Shown here: piece after piece, positions 19,437 through 28,830 of the stretch | Numbering within the stretch: the first letter of the stretch is position 1 | Layout of the letters: the number at the start of each line of letters is the position of its first letter | Program-made: the position numbers and the translations under genes | Notes under the pieces: model-generated | The model's input: only the letters and a program-made list of their open reading frames with translations | What the model was told of the DNA's origin: nothing | The model's database searches: none | Assembly: GCA_963674945.2 (NCBI GenBank) | Contig: CAXXWQ010000004.1 | Coordinates: 416,001 to 480,000, forward strand | Source: an uncultured Desulfosarcina sp. | Lineage (GTDB): Bacteria > Desulfobacterota > Desulfobacteria > Desulfobacterales > Desulfosarcinaceae | Direction of reading: 5' to 3' | Length of the DNA: 64,000 nucleotides

Positions 19437-21014
19437 ATGTTGAATGTGCCCACCAAAGAACAGTTTTTTATTGAAGCGATCCGGCATTTTTGCAGCAGTC
19501 TGGATATTACAACTGCTCTTCGTCGATTGTTCGATTACCTAAGCGTAGTTATGCCGCTGGATTATCTCACCATCGGCGTTATGGAATTAGAGTTAAAACG
19601 CTTCAGACAAATAGCAGAGACCACGGCAAAATACTCGATTTATGTAAATGATAATTATATCGTCCATGATAAAATCATCGAGTTCTCCAGATCCTGGGGA
19701 GAGTATAAACCCACTTTTTTCAACGATGTGGCGGCCGATGATAATCTTAAATATAGCTTGGATGGGCACTCGCCACATTTACGTGAAATGTTCGCCGATA
19801 AAAAAATATCAAGTCTGAATCTAAGGCTGTTGATTGATGGGGCGTGGATTGGGTCCATTAATATGTTAGCTTCTGGAGTGAATCAATATACCCAGGAACA
19901 TGCCGACCTGTTGGAACCATTGCAAGAGCCATTTGCGCTAGTTCTCTCTAATTGCTTACAATTTCAGGAAGTTGTAAGATTACAAGAAGTATTGACGGAA
20001 GACAACCGTCATCTCCGCCAGGAACTGCAGGAGACCTCAAACGAGGTGATCGGAAAGAACCATGGTCTTAAGAATGTCATGGAGATAGCGGCGCAAACCG
20101 CCCCCAGAGAGAATCCGGTACTACTGTTGGGGGAAACCGGTACCGGAAAAGAGGTCATCGCCAATGCCATCCACTATTCATCACCGAGACGAAACAAGCC
20201 GTTTGTCACGGTGAATTGCGGCGCCATTCCCGATAGTCTCATCGACAGCGAATTGTTCGGTCATGAAAAAGGCGCTTTCACCGGCGCGGTCAAGCAAAAG
20301 CGGGGGCGATTCGAGCGGGCCGACCGGGGAACCATCTTTTTGGATGAGATCGGCGAATTGCCGCCGAAGGCGCAGGTTCGCCTGCTGAGAGTGATCCAAA
20401 ACAAGGAGATTGAACGGGTGGGAGGAACGGAAACCCTGCCGGTAGACATCCGGATTATCGCCGCCACCCATAGGGATCTGTCCGTAATGGTGGAAAAAAA
20501 TGAATTCAGGGAAGATCTCTATTATCGGTTGAATGTTCTTCCCATCGTGATTCCGCCATTGCGGCAGCGAAAAATTGACATCCCCGAATTTGTCCGCCAC
20601 TTTCTCGATAAGAAAGCAAAAGAGCTGAAGCTGAAACAGATTCCCAAACTGGCCCCGGGAACGCTGGAGCCCCTGATCGCCTATGGATGGCCCGGCAATG
20701 TCCGGGAACTGGAAAATGTGGTGGAACGTGCGTTGATCCGATATCGCGGCGGATTGCTTTCTCTGGATGATTTTCTCTCTCCACAGGATCAAGCGAAAAA
20801 CAACATCGGACCGGATCCTCTGCAGATACCTCCCTTTGATCAAATGGTAAAAGAGTATATCTTGCAGGCATTGCGACATACGGGCGGAAAAATCAGTGGA
20901 GAAAATGGGGCCGCCACCCTGATGGGGATGCATCCCAACACCTTACGGGGTAAAATGAAAAAGCTGGAACTCCTCTCGCCGAAAAACCGATTGCGATCAA
21001 GAAAAAACCCCTAA
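19437..21014 (+). CDS. Sigma54-dependent enhancer-binding protein (GAF-like sensor, AAA+, Fis HTH; FhlA/HyfR-like)
   Basis: GETGTGKE, ELFGHEKGAFTGA, FLDEIGE, FREDLYYRLNV, WPGNVRELEN and a C-terminal HTH. Confidence 0.95.
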   Translation: MLNVPTKEQFFIEAIRHFCSSLDITTALRRLFDYLSVVMPLDYLTIGVMELELKRFRQIAETTAKYSIYVNDNYIVHDKIIEFSRSWGEYKPTFFNDVAADDNLKYSLDGHSPHLREMFADKKISSLNLRLLIDGAWIGSINMLASGVNQYTQEHADLLEPLQEPFALVLSNCLQFQEVVRLQEVLTEDNRHLRQELQETSNEVIGKNHGLKNVMEIAAQTAPRENPVLLLGETGTGKEVIANAIHYSSPRRNKPFVTVNCGAIPDSLIDSELFGHEKGAFTGAVKQKRGRFERADRGTIFLDEIGELPPKAQVRLLRVIQNKEIERVGGTETLPVDIRIIAATHRDLSVMVEKNEFREDLYYRLNVLPIVIPPLRQRKIDIPEFVRHFLDKKAKELKLKQIPKLAPGTLEPLIAYGWPGNVRELENVVERALIRYRGGLLSLDDFLSPQDQAKNNIGPDPLQIPPFDQMVKEYILQALRHTGGKISGENGAATLMGMHPNTLRGKMKKLELLSPKNRLRSRKNP

Positions 21015-21017
21015 AAC

Positions 21018-21150
21018 ACTTTTCCATGCCAACTATGGCCAAACAATCGCATGCAAGAAACTCGTTATCATTCTCTTTTCAAATAGAGGGAAACCCTTTT
21101 TATCAAAAAGTCCTTTTTAATTGGAATAATGAACGAGTTCCTTAGAAGTC
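21018..21150. repeat. ~135-bp repeat, inverted relative to 33061..33203 (IS-end-like remnant)
   Basis: Its reverse complement aligns by eye with 33061-33203, e.g. GAACTCGTTCATTATTCCA, TTAAAAAGGACTTTTT, TTTCTTGCATGCGATTGTTTGGCC. Confidence 0.85.
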
Positions 21151-21243
21151 TTTTTGCTTTGTGTTACTGAAAGAGTTCCGCAAAAGATTGAACCGGGCCG
21201 ATGCCCGACCTCCTGTAAGGGCGCGTTCGCAAGGTGTCATACA

Positions 21244-24200
21244 TCAACCTGTTTGCAGTAATTTGGCCAGGAATTTCGGCTTGGTGACAAAAATCAGGGC
21301 CGGCAAGAGCGTCAACGCCGCGATAGCGCTGTAGGCCATGGTTCCCACCATCAGTATCCCCATGAGTCGCGAAGCGGCCATGACGGATAACGCCAGCACG
21401 GAAAACCCGGCCGCCACGGAAGCGGCGTTGATGATGATCGCTTTTCCCGTTGAACGAATGGTGTTGAGATAGGCATCTTCAAACGTATCCCCTTGCCTCA
21501 ACTGGGCCTTGAAACGTTCGAGAAAATGGATGGTGTAATCGATGCCGATTCCGAGGGATATCGCCGCCACCATGGCCGTCGCGGTGTGAATCTTCCAGCC
21601 CATCAGCAAAATCATCCCAAAATTGGCCATGATGGTGAACAAAAGCGGAATCAATGAAAAGAGGCCGCCGATGGAGGATCTGAAGATAAAAAAGGTGACG
21701 ATGAAAATAAAGACGATGGCCTGGGCGATACTGGTGATTTGAGATTTTATCACCAGGCTGGTCAGCGCCATGATCTCCATGTTATGCCCGCCAAGGGAGA
21801 TGGATTCGATATACGGATTATCTTCGGGAAATTCTCGCGCCAAGATCTCCTTTATCTCCTCGACATATACCGTATTGAAAGTGGTCAGGGTTTTTCTGGC
21901 CGCTATGGAAAATTGAAACTCCTTGAAATCGGGGCTGACGATTCGGTCGAAACCTTCCCTGTCCGAGTTCTGCGCCTGGTTCAGCGCGACACCGATGACG
22001 CCTCTGTCGGTCAGCCTGGCATCGCCCAGGTTGTCCGTGCGTGTATCCGGGATCTTTCGAAAACCGGGATTCCCGTCATGATAGAAGAGGCTGTATGTTT
22101 TGCGTATCAGGTCCACCGGCCCCATGACGAATCCGGTGGGGCCGACCCAAGCGTCCCCGCGATCCACCTTCGGTTCATGCAACGCAAACAATTGCTGCCG
22201 CAACGCTTCGAGCTTGTGAAGCACGAAGGGCTGTTTGACATCAGCGACGAAAAGATCCTGCAGCTCATTCCAGGAACGGACCATGGGTGTCCCCATGGGC
22301 GTTTGTTTCAGGTCTCGGAGTCTTGCAATCGATTCCCCCGTGCGCTCCCAGTTTTCCTCCGGCTGGCCAAGCCGCCGATTCAGTTCCTTCAATCCGCTGA
22401 TTTGACCGGCGTTATAGCCGCCGAATGCGGCGCTCGCGCCAAGGCTGGCAGTGACGTGCGCGGTTTCCGCCAGTTCCGCCAAACCATCCAGCCCCGAGGC
22501 CGAATCATCATTTTCCGACAACGCGTCGAGATCGGAACCGGCCGATTCGGGGGCCGTCAGGCTTTCCTCCGGCATCTTTTCGGCGACATACTCCTCATTC
22601 AACAGATCGTTCATCAGCGCGATGGCCCGATCCATTTTTCGGTCATCCGGTTCCGCCTGCCTGAACCGTTGCATCATGTCGCCGACGAAGTCATTCATGA
22701 CCGGGTCATCACCAAGGGCCTTGCTGGAGAACAACTGCCGCCAGGCTGCGGCGAAAGCTTCGCTCCGCTGATGAAGTTGATCCTGCACCCATTCGTTTTC
22801 CAGGTTGACCCGGTCCCTGAATGTGAACAGCAGTTTGATTTCACCAACCCCGATCAGGTAACGGTTGATAAAATCGGTGCTCTGTCGAATGGGATGGTCT
22901 TTTTTGAATTCGTCATCCGGGCTTCCTTCGAACTCGAGGTTTTTGATCTTAACGACACATACGACCGCAATCAAAGCAAAAACCACGATTACGGTCTTGG
23001 GGTATTTTTTCACCACCGTTGACCAAAAGACCAGGACGCTTTCCAAAACACCGGAAGGCGCCTCATCCTTTTTTTCATCCGCTGATTTTTTTTGGCGGGG
23101 GAGTTTCCAGTAGCACAGAATCGCCGGGCTGAGGGTCAGCGTCAGCAAAAGTGCCACGACGATGCCAAACGCCGAAAACACGGAATAGTGCCGAATCATC
23201 AACATTGAGGTGGATGACAGGGAGATGAAGCCCGCAAATGTCGTGATGCCCGCCATCACAATGGCCACGCCCACGCCCGCTATGGACCGGCGCAAAATCT
23301 GGCGGCGATCCGTAAGCTTCCGCGCCTCTTCCAGATATCGATTCAATAGATGGATGCCATAGGCGCTGCCAACCGCCAGCAAAACGATGGGAACATTGGA
23401 GGTGGTCGATGTAATGGGGGTACCGGTCATCGCCATGAAACCATACGTCCAGATCACGGACAAAATAACCGTAATTAACGGAATCGCCACACCCTTGACG
23501 CTTTTAAAACTAATCGCCAGCATCAAAAGGATCACGATCAGTCCGATGGGCAGCAACACCCCCATGTCTCTGCTGATGATGCGTAACATGGTGGCGATCA
23601 TCAACGGCGTCCCCGCCACATAGGTCTTACAACCGGCTGTTTCAGCGTATCGGGACAGAATCTCCTGCGTGCGATCATACACTTCCAACAGATCAACAAT
23701 TTTCTCAACATGCGGCAGGTAAAATTCCAGATTTTCGTAGCTTAACGGATCGATCCGCTCCAGGGTGAAGTCCCAAAGCTTGCTGGTAAAAAGATCCCAT
23801 GTCGCAAGGTTGGGATTTAGAAAAAAGTCCCGCTTCTGGGTAACGTTTATAATCTGTCTGAAACGATCTCGTGTGAGTTCTCTGCTCAACAACGCCTCGA
23901 GTTCAGGGTACTGGTCGGTTGCCGGTCCTAAATATTCAATCAGATGCGCCCTCAATTTCTCAGAAACGTTTTTGCAATGCCCGGCGATATATGCATCATC
24001 ATAGACCACACCGTCAATGGTCTTGCCATAGACGTCATAGGGGAAAAAAGAGGTCTTCCCCTGCAGCCGGGCCTTCAGCATTTCTGGATCCAGCGCCGTT
24101 TCCAGTTCCAGATTCGTATAGCGTCGCTTATAATCCCATTTGTTGATCATGGGTACATGAATGGCGGTCGCCTTGCCATCCGTGGAGAGCATATTTCCGC

Positions 24201-24777
24201 GAAACAGCCGGTCTTGCAGGACGTGATCCTGCAAAGGGGGGATGATTTTCAGTAAATCCTCATCCGATTGGGGCAATGCCGCCTCATTCTCTTCGGTGAA
24301 AAAAATACCCGATTCCTCCTTTAGTTTTTTGATAACACTGCCGGTGACGACCGCACCGGTTTCCTTGTCCAGGATGCCGTCCTCCAATCCGGAGACGCTG
24401 TTGATATCATCGATGTCGATCCCTATGGGCAACTCGATCGTCTCTGTTTTTCCGGTCAGTTTGCTGTCGATGGTTTTTCTCGTTTTCAGGGCCTTCATCT
24501 CGTCGACGATACCCTCGATGGCGCGCAGTACGACCGGATTCATGACCCCTTGTTCCCGGGCCTCTATGCCGATAATAAATGTGTCGCGATAACTGTAGTT
24601 CTTTCGGTAATAGTCATTGTTTTTGACCGCCTCTATGTCCGTCGGTATGAATTTCGAGGGATCTGTCTCGATAAAGGACTTGGTATTGAACTGGTAAAGG
24701 AAATAAGCCGTTACAAAAACCACGATCAGAATAATGGTTTTGGGATAACGCGTCGAAATGTCGCCGATAATTCGCAT
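21244..24777 (-). CDS. MMPL/RND family transporter, paralog A (~1,177 aa)
   Basis: Two repeats of TM, large periplasmic domain and TM bundle; AVGSAYGIHLLNRY and GIGIDYTIHFLERF; ATG 24777 after GGAG. Confidence 0.92.
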   Translation of the reverse strand: MRIIGDISTRYPKTIILIVVFVTAYFLYQFNTKSFIETDPSKFIPTDIEAVKNNDYYRKNYSYRDTFIIGIEAREQGVMNPVVLRAIEGIVDEMKALKTRKTIDSKLTGKTETIELPIGIDIDDINSVSGLEDGILDKETGAVVTGSVIKKLKEESGIFFTEENEAALPQSDEDLLKIIPPLQDHVLQDRLFRGNMLSTDGKATAIHVPMINKWDYKRRYTNLELETALDPEMLKARLQGKTSFFPYDVYGKTIDGVVYDDAYIAGHCKNVSEKLRAHLIEYLGPATDQYPELEALLSRELTRDRFRQIINVTQKRDFFLNPNLATWDLFTSKLWDFTLERIDPLSYENLEFYLPHVEKIVDLLEVYDRTQEILSRYAETAGCKTYVAGTPLMIATMLRIISRDMGVLLPIGLIVILLMLAISFKSVKGVAIPLITVILSVIWTYGFMAMTGTPITSTTSNVPIVLLAVGSAYGIHLLNRYLEEARKLTDRRQILRRSIAGVGVAIVMAGITTFAGFISLSSTSMLMIRHYSVFSAFGIVVALLLTLTLSPAILCYWKLPRQKKSADEKKDEAPSGVLESVLVFWSTVVKKYPKTVIVVFALIAVVCVVKIKNLEFEGSPDDEFKKDHPIRQSTDFINRYLIGVGEIKLLFTFRDRVNLENEWVQDQLHQRSEAFAAAWRQLFSSKALGDDPVMNDFVGDMMQRFRQAEPDDRKMDRAIALMNDLLNEEYVAEKMPEESLTAPESAGSDLDALSENDDSASGLDGLAELAETAHVTASLGASAAFGGYNAGQISGLKELNRRLGQPEENWERTGESIARLRDLKQTPMGTPMVRSWNELQDLFVADVKQPFVLHKLEALRQQLFALHEPKVDRGDAWVGPTGFVMGPVDLIRKTYSLFYHDGNPGFRKIPDTRTDNLGDARLTDRGVIGVALNQAQNSDREGFDRIVSPDFKEFQFSIAARKTLTTFNTVYVEEIKEILAREFPEDNPYIESISLGGHNMEIMALTSLVIKSQITSIAQAIVFIFIVTFFIFRSSIGGLFSLIPLLFTIMANFGMILLMGWKIHTATAMVAAISLGIGIDYTIHFLERFKAQLRQGDTFEDAYLNTIRSTGKAIIINAASVAAGFSVLALSVMAASRLMGILMVGTMAYSAIAALTLLPALIFVTKPKFLAKLLQTG

Positions 24778-24909
24778 CGCAAACAAACTCCATTCACAAA
24801 AGGTTATCGTTGCAGCAACGAGTGAGTCGAAATCTGCTCAGCCACGATAAAAATCGCAAAACGATCTTCAGCGGGTTGTCTCAACTCACAACTTCCGTAT
24901 ATCAATGTT

Positions 24910-25061
24910 GATGAACTCGTAAAAAGTCGCTGTTCGGACGGATTCGTAAAAAGCCCGAGATCAAGGCTTGCGAGTCCTTAAGGAATGAGGCGTACTGATC
25001 GTACTCCGCAGTGACGAAGGATGAAGCGTAACGCCGATATCGGACTTTTTACGAATCCGTC
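24910..25061. repeat. Palindromic MITE-like repeat (core 24937-25061 plus an extra left end at 24910)
   Basis: Terminal IR GACGGATTCGTAAAAAG...CTTTTTACGAATCCGTC; AATGTT direct repeats at 24904-24909 and 25062-25067; second copy at 55242. Confidence 0.85.
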
Positions 25062-25275
25062 AATGTTGCGTGTTTCCAGCGAACTTGCCCCAAGGATACA
25101 GGCGATCTGAAAAAATAAAAAAAAAGACTGTTGGCGAAGCGACCTTGATGCTGATCGCTTTTCCTTGTGGAACGAAAGGACAAGGAGAAGAATAGCCGAA
25201 ATTCGATCCTTCGGCAAGGGTTGAGATAAAACAAATCCTGAAACGGACCCCGGATACCCGAAAGCCTTCGATCGT

Positions 25276-28200
25276 CTATGGACGGCCCTGCGGTGTCGGA
25301 GAACTGGAAATTTTCGTCAGAAATCTTGGTTTGGTGGAAAAAATCAGGGCCGGCAACAGCGTCAGCGCAGCCAAGGAGCTGTATATCATGTTGCCGATCA
25401 TCAAGGTTCCGACAAAACGGTTTCCGGCCAGTTCGGATAGAAGCAACACCGCAAAACCGCCGGCCACGGAAGCGGCGTTTATGATAATCCCTTTTCCCGA
25501 AGAACGTATGGTGTTGACATAGGCCAGATGAAAGGCGTCCCCTTGTTTCAACTGGGCCTTGAAGCGCTCCAGAAAATGGATGGTGTAGTCGACGCCGACC
25601 CCGATGGATATGGCCGCCACCGTCACCGTTCCGGAATTAATTTTCCAACCCAGCGCCAAAATCATTCCGAAATTCGCCAGGATGGTGAACACCAGTGGAA
25701 TGGTCGCATAGACGCCGCCGGTAAGGGATCTGAAGATAAAGAAGGTGATGATGAGAACGAAAAGCAGCGCCTGAAGGATGCTTGACGCATGAGAGTCGAC
25801 CAAAAGATCGGTGATTTCCATTATCACCGGACTCTGGCCGCCGATGGAAATCGATTCGATATAGGGATTATCATCGGGAAATTCTCGCGCCAAAATCTCG
25901 TTTATTTTCTCGATATACGCGGCGTTGAATTCTGTCAGCATGCTTCGGATCATGATCGAATACTGGAACTCTTTCAGATCCGGGCTGATCATGCCGCTGA
26001 ACGTATCCCGGTCCGAGTTTTGCGCCTGGTTCAACGCCACCCCGATCACGCCCCTGTCGGTCATTGTGGAATCGCCCAGACGATCCGTACGGGTATCGGG
26101 GATTTTTTTGAAGGCCAGGTCGCCATCATGATAGAATAGGCTGTACATTTTTCGCACGAGATCCACCGGACCGATTGCGAATCCGGTCGGCTTCGTCATG
26201 CCTTCCCCAAGATCCACTTTGGGATCTTCCAGTGCGAATAGTTGTTCCCTTACGTTTTCCAGTCTGCGAAGCACATAGGGCTGTTTGACATCGGCGGCGA
26301 AGAGATCCTGCAGTTCATTCCAAGCACGAACCATGCGCATCCCGCCGGACGTAACTTTCAGACTGCGCAGCTTGACAATGGATTTGCCCGTTTCTTCCCA
26401 GGCGCTTTCCGGCCGTCCCAGCCTTTGCGTTACATCTTTCAACCCATTGACCTGGTCGACGCTGTAACCGCTAAACGCAGCGTTCGGGGCGGGATCGGAT
26501 GTTGACGTCCCGGTGTCCGCCAAACCAGCCAGGCTGTCCGCGCCAGACGATTCCTCAAACAGGGCGTTCAGAGCGGAGGCAGTCGTCTCAGATACCGCAT
26601 CACTTTTATCTTGGATCTCGACCGTATACTCCTCATTGAGCAGATCGTTCATCAGCGCGACGGACCGCTCCATCTTCTCGCCATCGGGCTCCGTTTGCCG
26701 AAATACCTGCATCATTTCGCCGGCAAAGGCAATCAGCGCCGAATCATCCGGGGACATCCTGCCGGATACGACCTCGCTCCAGGCGTTGGCGAAAGCTTCA
26801 CTTCGTTTATGGAGCTGGTCCCGAACCCACTCGTTTTCCAGATTGACGCGATCCCTGAATCTGAACAGCATGTTGATCTCTCCGGTTCCGGTCAGATAAC
26901 GATTGATGAAATTATCGCTCATCCGCATCGGGTGGTCCGGTCTGAAATCCTCAATCAAGCTTCCTTCGAATTGAAGATCTTTTACCTTGGCGGCGGTTAT
27001 CACCGCAATCACGGTAAAACAGGCGATTATGATTTTCGGGTACTTTTTCACCGGAGATGATAAGGCAACGAGTGTTTTTTCCAGGAAACCGTGGGGAGCT
27101 TCGTCGTCTCGATCAGCGACCTTTCGTTTTTTTCGCGGCAACCGCCAGTAGCACAGAATCGCCGGGCTGAGGGTTAGGGTGAGAAAAAGCCCCACGAGGA
27201 TGCCAAAGGCCGAAAACACGGCATAATGTCGAATCATCGTCATCGAAGAGGATGAGAGAGAAATAAATCCCGCGGAAGTGGTCAACCCCGCCATGATAAT
27301 GGCCGCCCCCACCCCCTGTATCGATCTACGCAAGATTTTACGTCGGTCCTCCAATTTTCCAGCGTCTTCATAATATCGGTTCAACAGATGGATGCCGTAA
27401 GCGCTGACAATGGCCAGCAAAACGATCGGGATGTTGGATGTGGTCGGTGAGACCGGCGTGCCGGTAAACGCCATGAAACCGAAGGTCCAGATAATGGACA
27501 GCACCACCGTAACAAACGGGATCACCACACCACTGAAGCTTCTGAAGCTGATTGTGAGCATAAACAGAACCACCAGCAGTCCGATTGGAAGCAGGAGTTT
27601 CAGATCCTTGTCGATGATCTTGAATATCACGGCGATCATCACCGGTTGCCCCGCCACATAGGTGTTTATGCCGGGGATGCTGTTCTTTTCGAGAATTTCC
27701 CGAGTGCGCGCCCACACGTCCAGCAAACTGTAGATTTGTTTGGCGTCCGGCAGTCGAAATTCCAGGTTTTCAAAACTCAAGGGGTCGATCTGCGAAGTCG
27801 TAAAATCGTATAGTTTAACGGTAAAACTATCCGAGGTCAAAAGATCGGGATTCATAAAGAAATCGCGCTCATTGGTGATGTTGATAATCTTAGTAAAACT
27901 CTCCCGTGTAAGCTCTCCGGTCATCAATTCCTTTAGTTTCGGATGTTTGGGATATGCAGGCGAAAGATACGCTTCAAGAAGATCCTTCAATCGCCTTGCG
28001 ATCTTATCTGAATGCCGGGCGATAAAGGCGTCGTCATACACCACACCGTCGATGGTCTTGCCATAGACATTGTAAGGGAAAAAAGAGGTCTTTCCCTGAA
28101 ACCGGGCCTTGAGTAAATCCGGATCCAGGGCCGTCTCCAGCTCCAGGCTGCTGTAACGTCGCTTATAATCCCATTTGTTGATCATGGGAACATGAACGAC

Positions 28201-28812
28201 GGTCGCCTTTCCGTCGGCGGAGAGCATGTTTCCGCGAAACAGCCGGTCGCTCATAACATGATTTTTCAATGCGGGGATGATCTTTCGAAGATCTTCATCC
28301 GATTCGGGCAACAGCGCTTCGTTTTCTTCGGTAAAAGGAACGCCCATTTCCGTTTTCAGTTTTTTAATGACGCTGCCGGTGACCACGGCTCCGGTTTCTT
28401 GGTCCAGGATGCCGTCTTCCAGTCCGGAGATACTGCTGATATCGTCAATATCGAAACCGATGGGCAGCTCAATGGTTTCGGTTTTTCCGGTCAGTTTGCT
28501 CTGGATGGTCTTGTGGGTCTTCAGCGCCTTCAAGGCCATTACCATGCGCTCGATGGCGCGCAGCACAGGCGGGGTCATGATCCCCTGGTCCGCCGCTTCG
28601 ACGCCGACAATCAGCGATTCGCTGTAATCGAAGTTTTTTTGATAGTAATCGTTGGCTTTGACGCTTTTGATGTCCGTCGGGAGGAATTTCGTAATATCCG
28701 GCTCGAGGTAGAGCCGGTTCATAATCTGATGAATGAAGAAAGCCGTCAAGCCTACTGTAATCAGAATTATTGTTTTGGGATAGCAAGTTGCAAATTGACT
28801 TATTTTTCGCAT
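25276..28812 (-). CDS. MMPL/RND family transporter, paralog B (1,178 aa)
   Basis: Colinear with paralog A; AIVSAYGIHLLNRY and GVGVDYTIHFLERF. Confidence 0.92.
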   Translation of the reverse strand: MRKISQFATCYPKTIILITVGLTAFFIHQIMNRLYLEPDITKFLPTDIKSVKANDYYQKNFDYSESLIVGVEAADQGIMTPPVLRAIERMVMALKALKTHKTIQSKLTGKTETIELPIGFDIDDISSISGLEDGILDQETGAVVTGSVIKKLKTEMGVPFTEENEALLPESDEDLRKIIPALKNHVMSDRLFRGNMLSADGKATVVHVPMINKWDYKRRYSSLELETALDPDLLKARFQGKTSFFPYNVYGKTIDGVVYDDAFIARHSDKIARRLKDLLEAYLSPAYPKHPKLKELMTGELTRESFTKIINITNERDFFMNPDLLTSDSFTVKLYDFTTSQIDPLSFENLEFRLPDAKQIYSLLDVWARTREILEKNSIPGINTYVAGQPVMIAVIFKIIDKDLKLLLPIGLLVVLFMLTISFRSFSGVVIPFVTVVLSIIWTFGFMAFTGTPVSPTTSNIPIVLLAIVSAYGIHLLNRYYEDAGKLEDRRKILRRSIQGVGAAIIMAGLTTSAGFISLSSSSMTMIRHYAVFSAFGILVGLFLTLTLSPAILCYWRLPRKKRKVADRDDEAPHGFLEKTLVALSSPVKKYPKIIIACFTVIAVITAAKVKDLQFEGSLIEDFRPDHPMRMSDNFINRYLTGTGEINMLFRFRDRVNLENEWVRDQLHKRSEAFANAWSEVVSGRMSPDDSALIAFAGEMMQVFRQTEPDGEKMERSVALMNDLLNEEYTVEIQDKSDAVSETTASALNALFEESSGADSLAGLADTGTSTSDPAPNAAFSGYSVDQVNGLKDVTQRLGRPESAWEETGKSIVKLRSLKVTSGGMRMVRAWNELQDLFAADVKQPYVLRRLENVREQLFALEDPKVDLGEGMTKPTGFAIGPVDLVRKMYSLFYHDGDLAFKKIPDTRTDRLGDSTMTDRGVIGVALNQAQNSDRDTFSGMISPDLKEFQYSIMIRSMLTEFNAAYIEKINEILAREFPDDNPYIESISIGGQSPVIMEITDLLVDSHASSILQALLFVLIITFFIFRSLTGGVYATIPLVFTILANFGMILALGWKINSGTVTVAAISIGVGVDYTIHFLERFKAQLKQGDAFHLAYVNTIRSSGKGIIINAASVAGGFAVLLLSELAGNRFVGTLMIGNMIYSSLAALTLLPALIFSTKPRFLTKISSSPTPQGRP

Positions 28813-28830
28813 CGCAGGTAAACTCCGCTC

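Noticed and set aside
21194..21207. CGGGC-CGAT-GCCCG hairpin as a terminator between convergent genes
   Set aside because: The stem is only 5 bp with no adjacent U-tract, which is too weak to call.
24978..25234. Short ORFs between the MMPL genes
   Set aside because: They read through the MITE-like repeat and are probably spurious.
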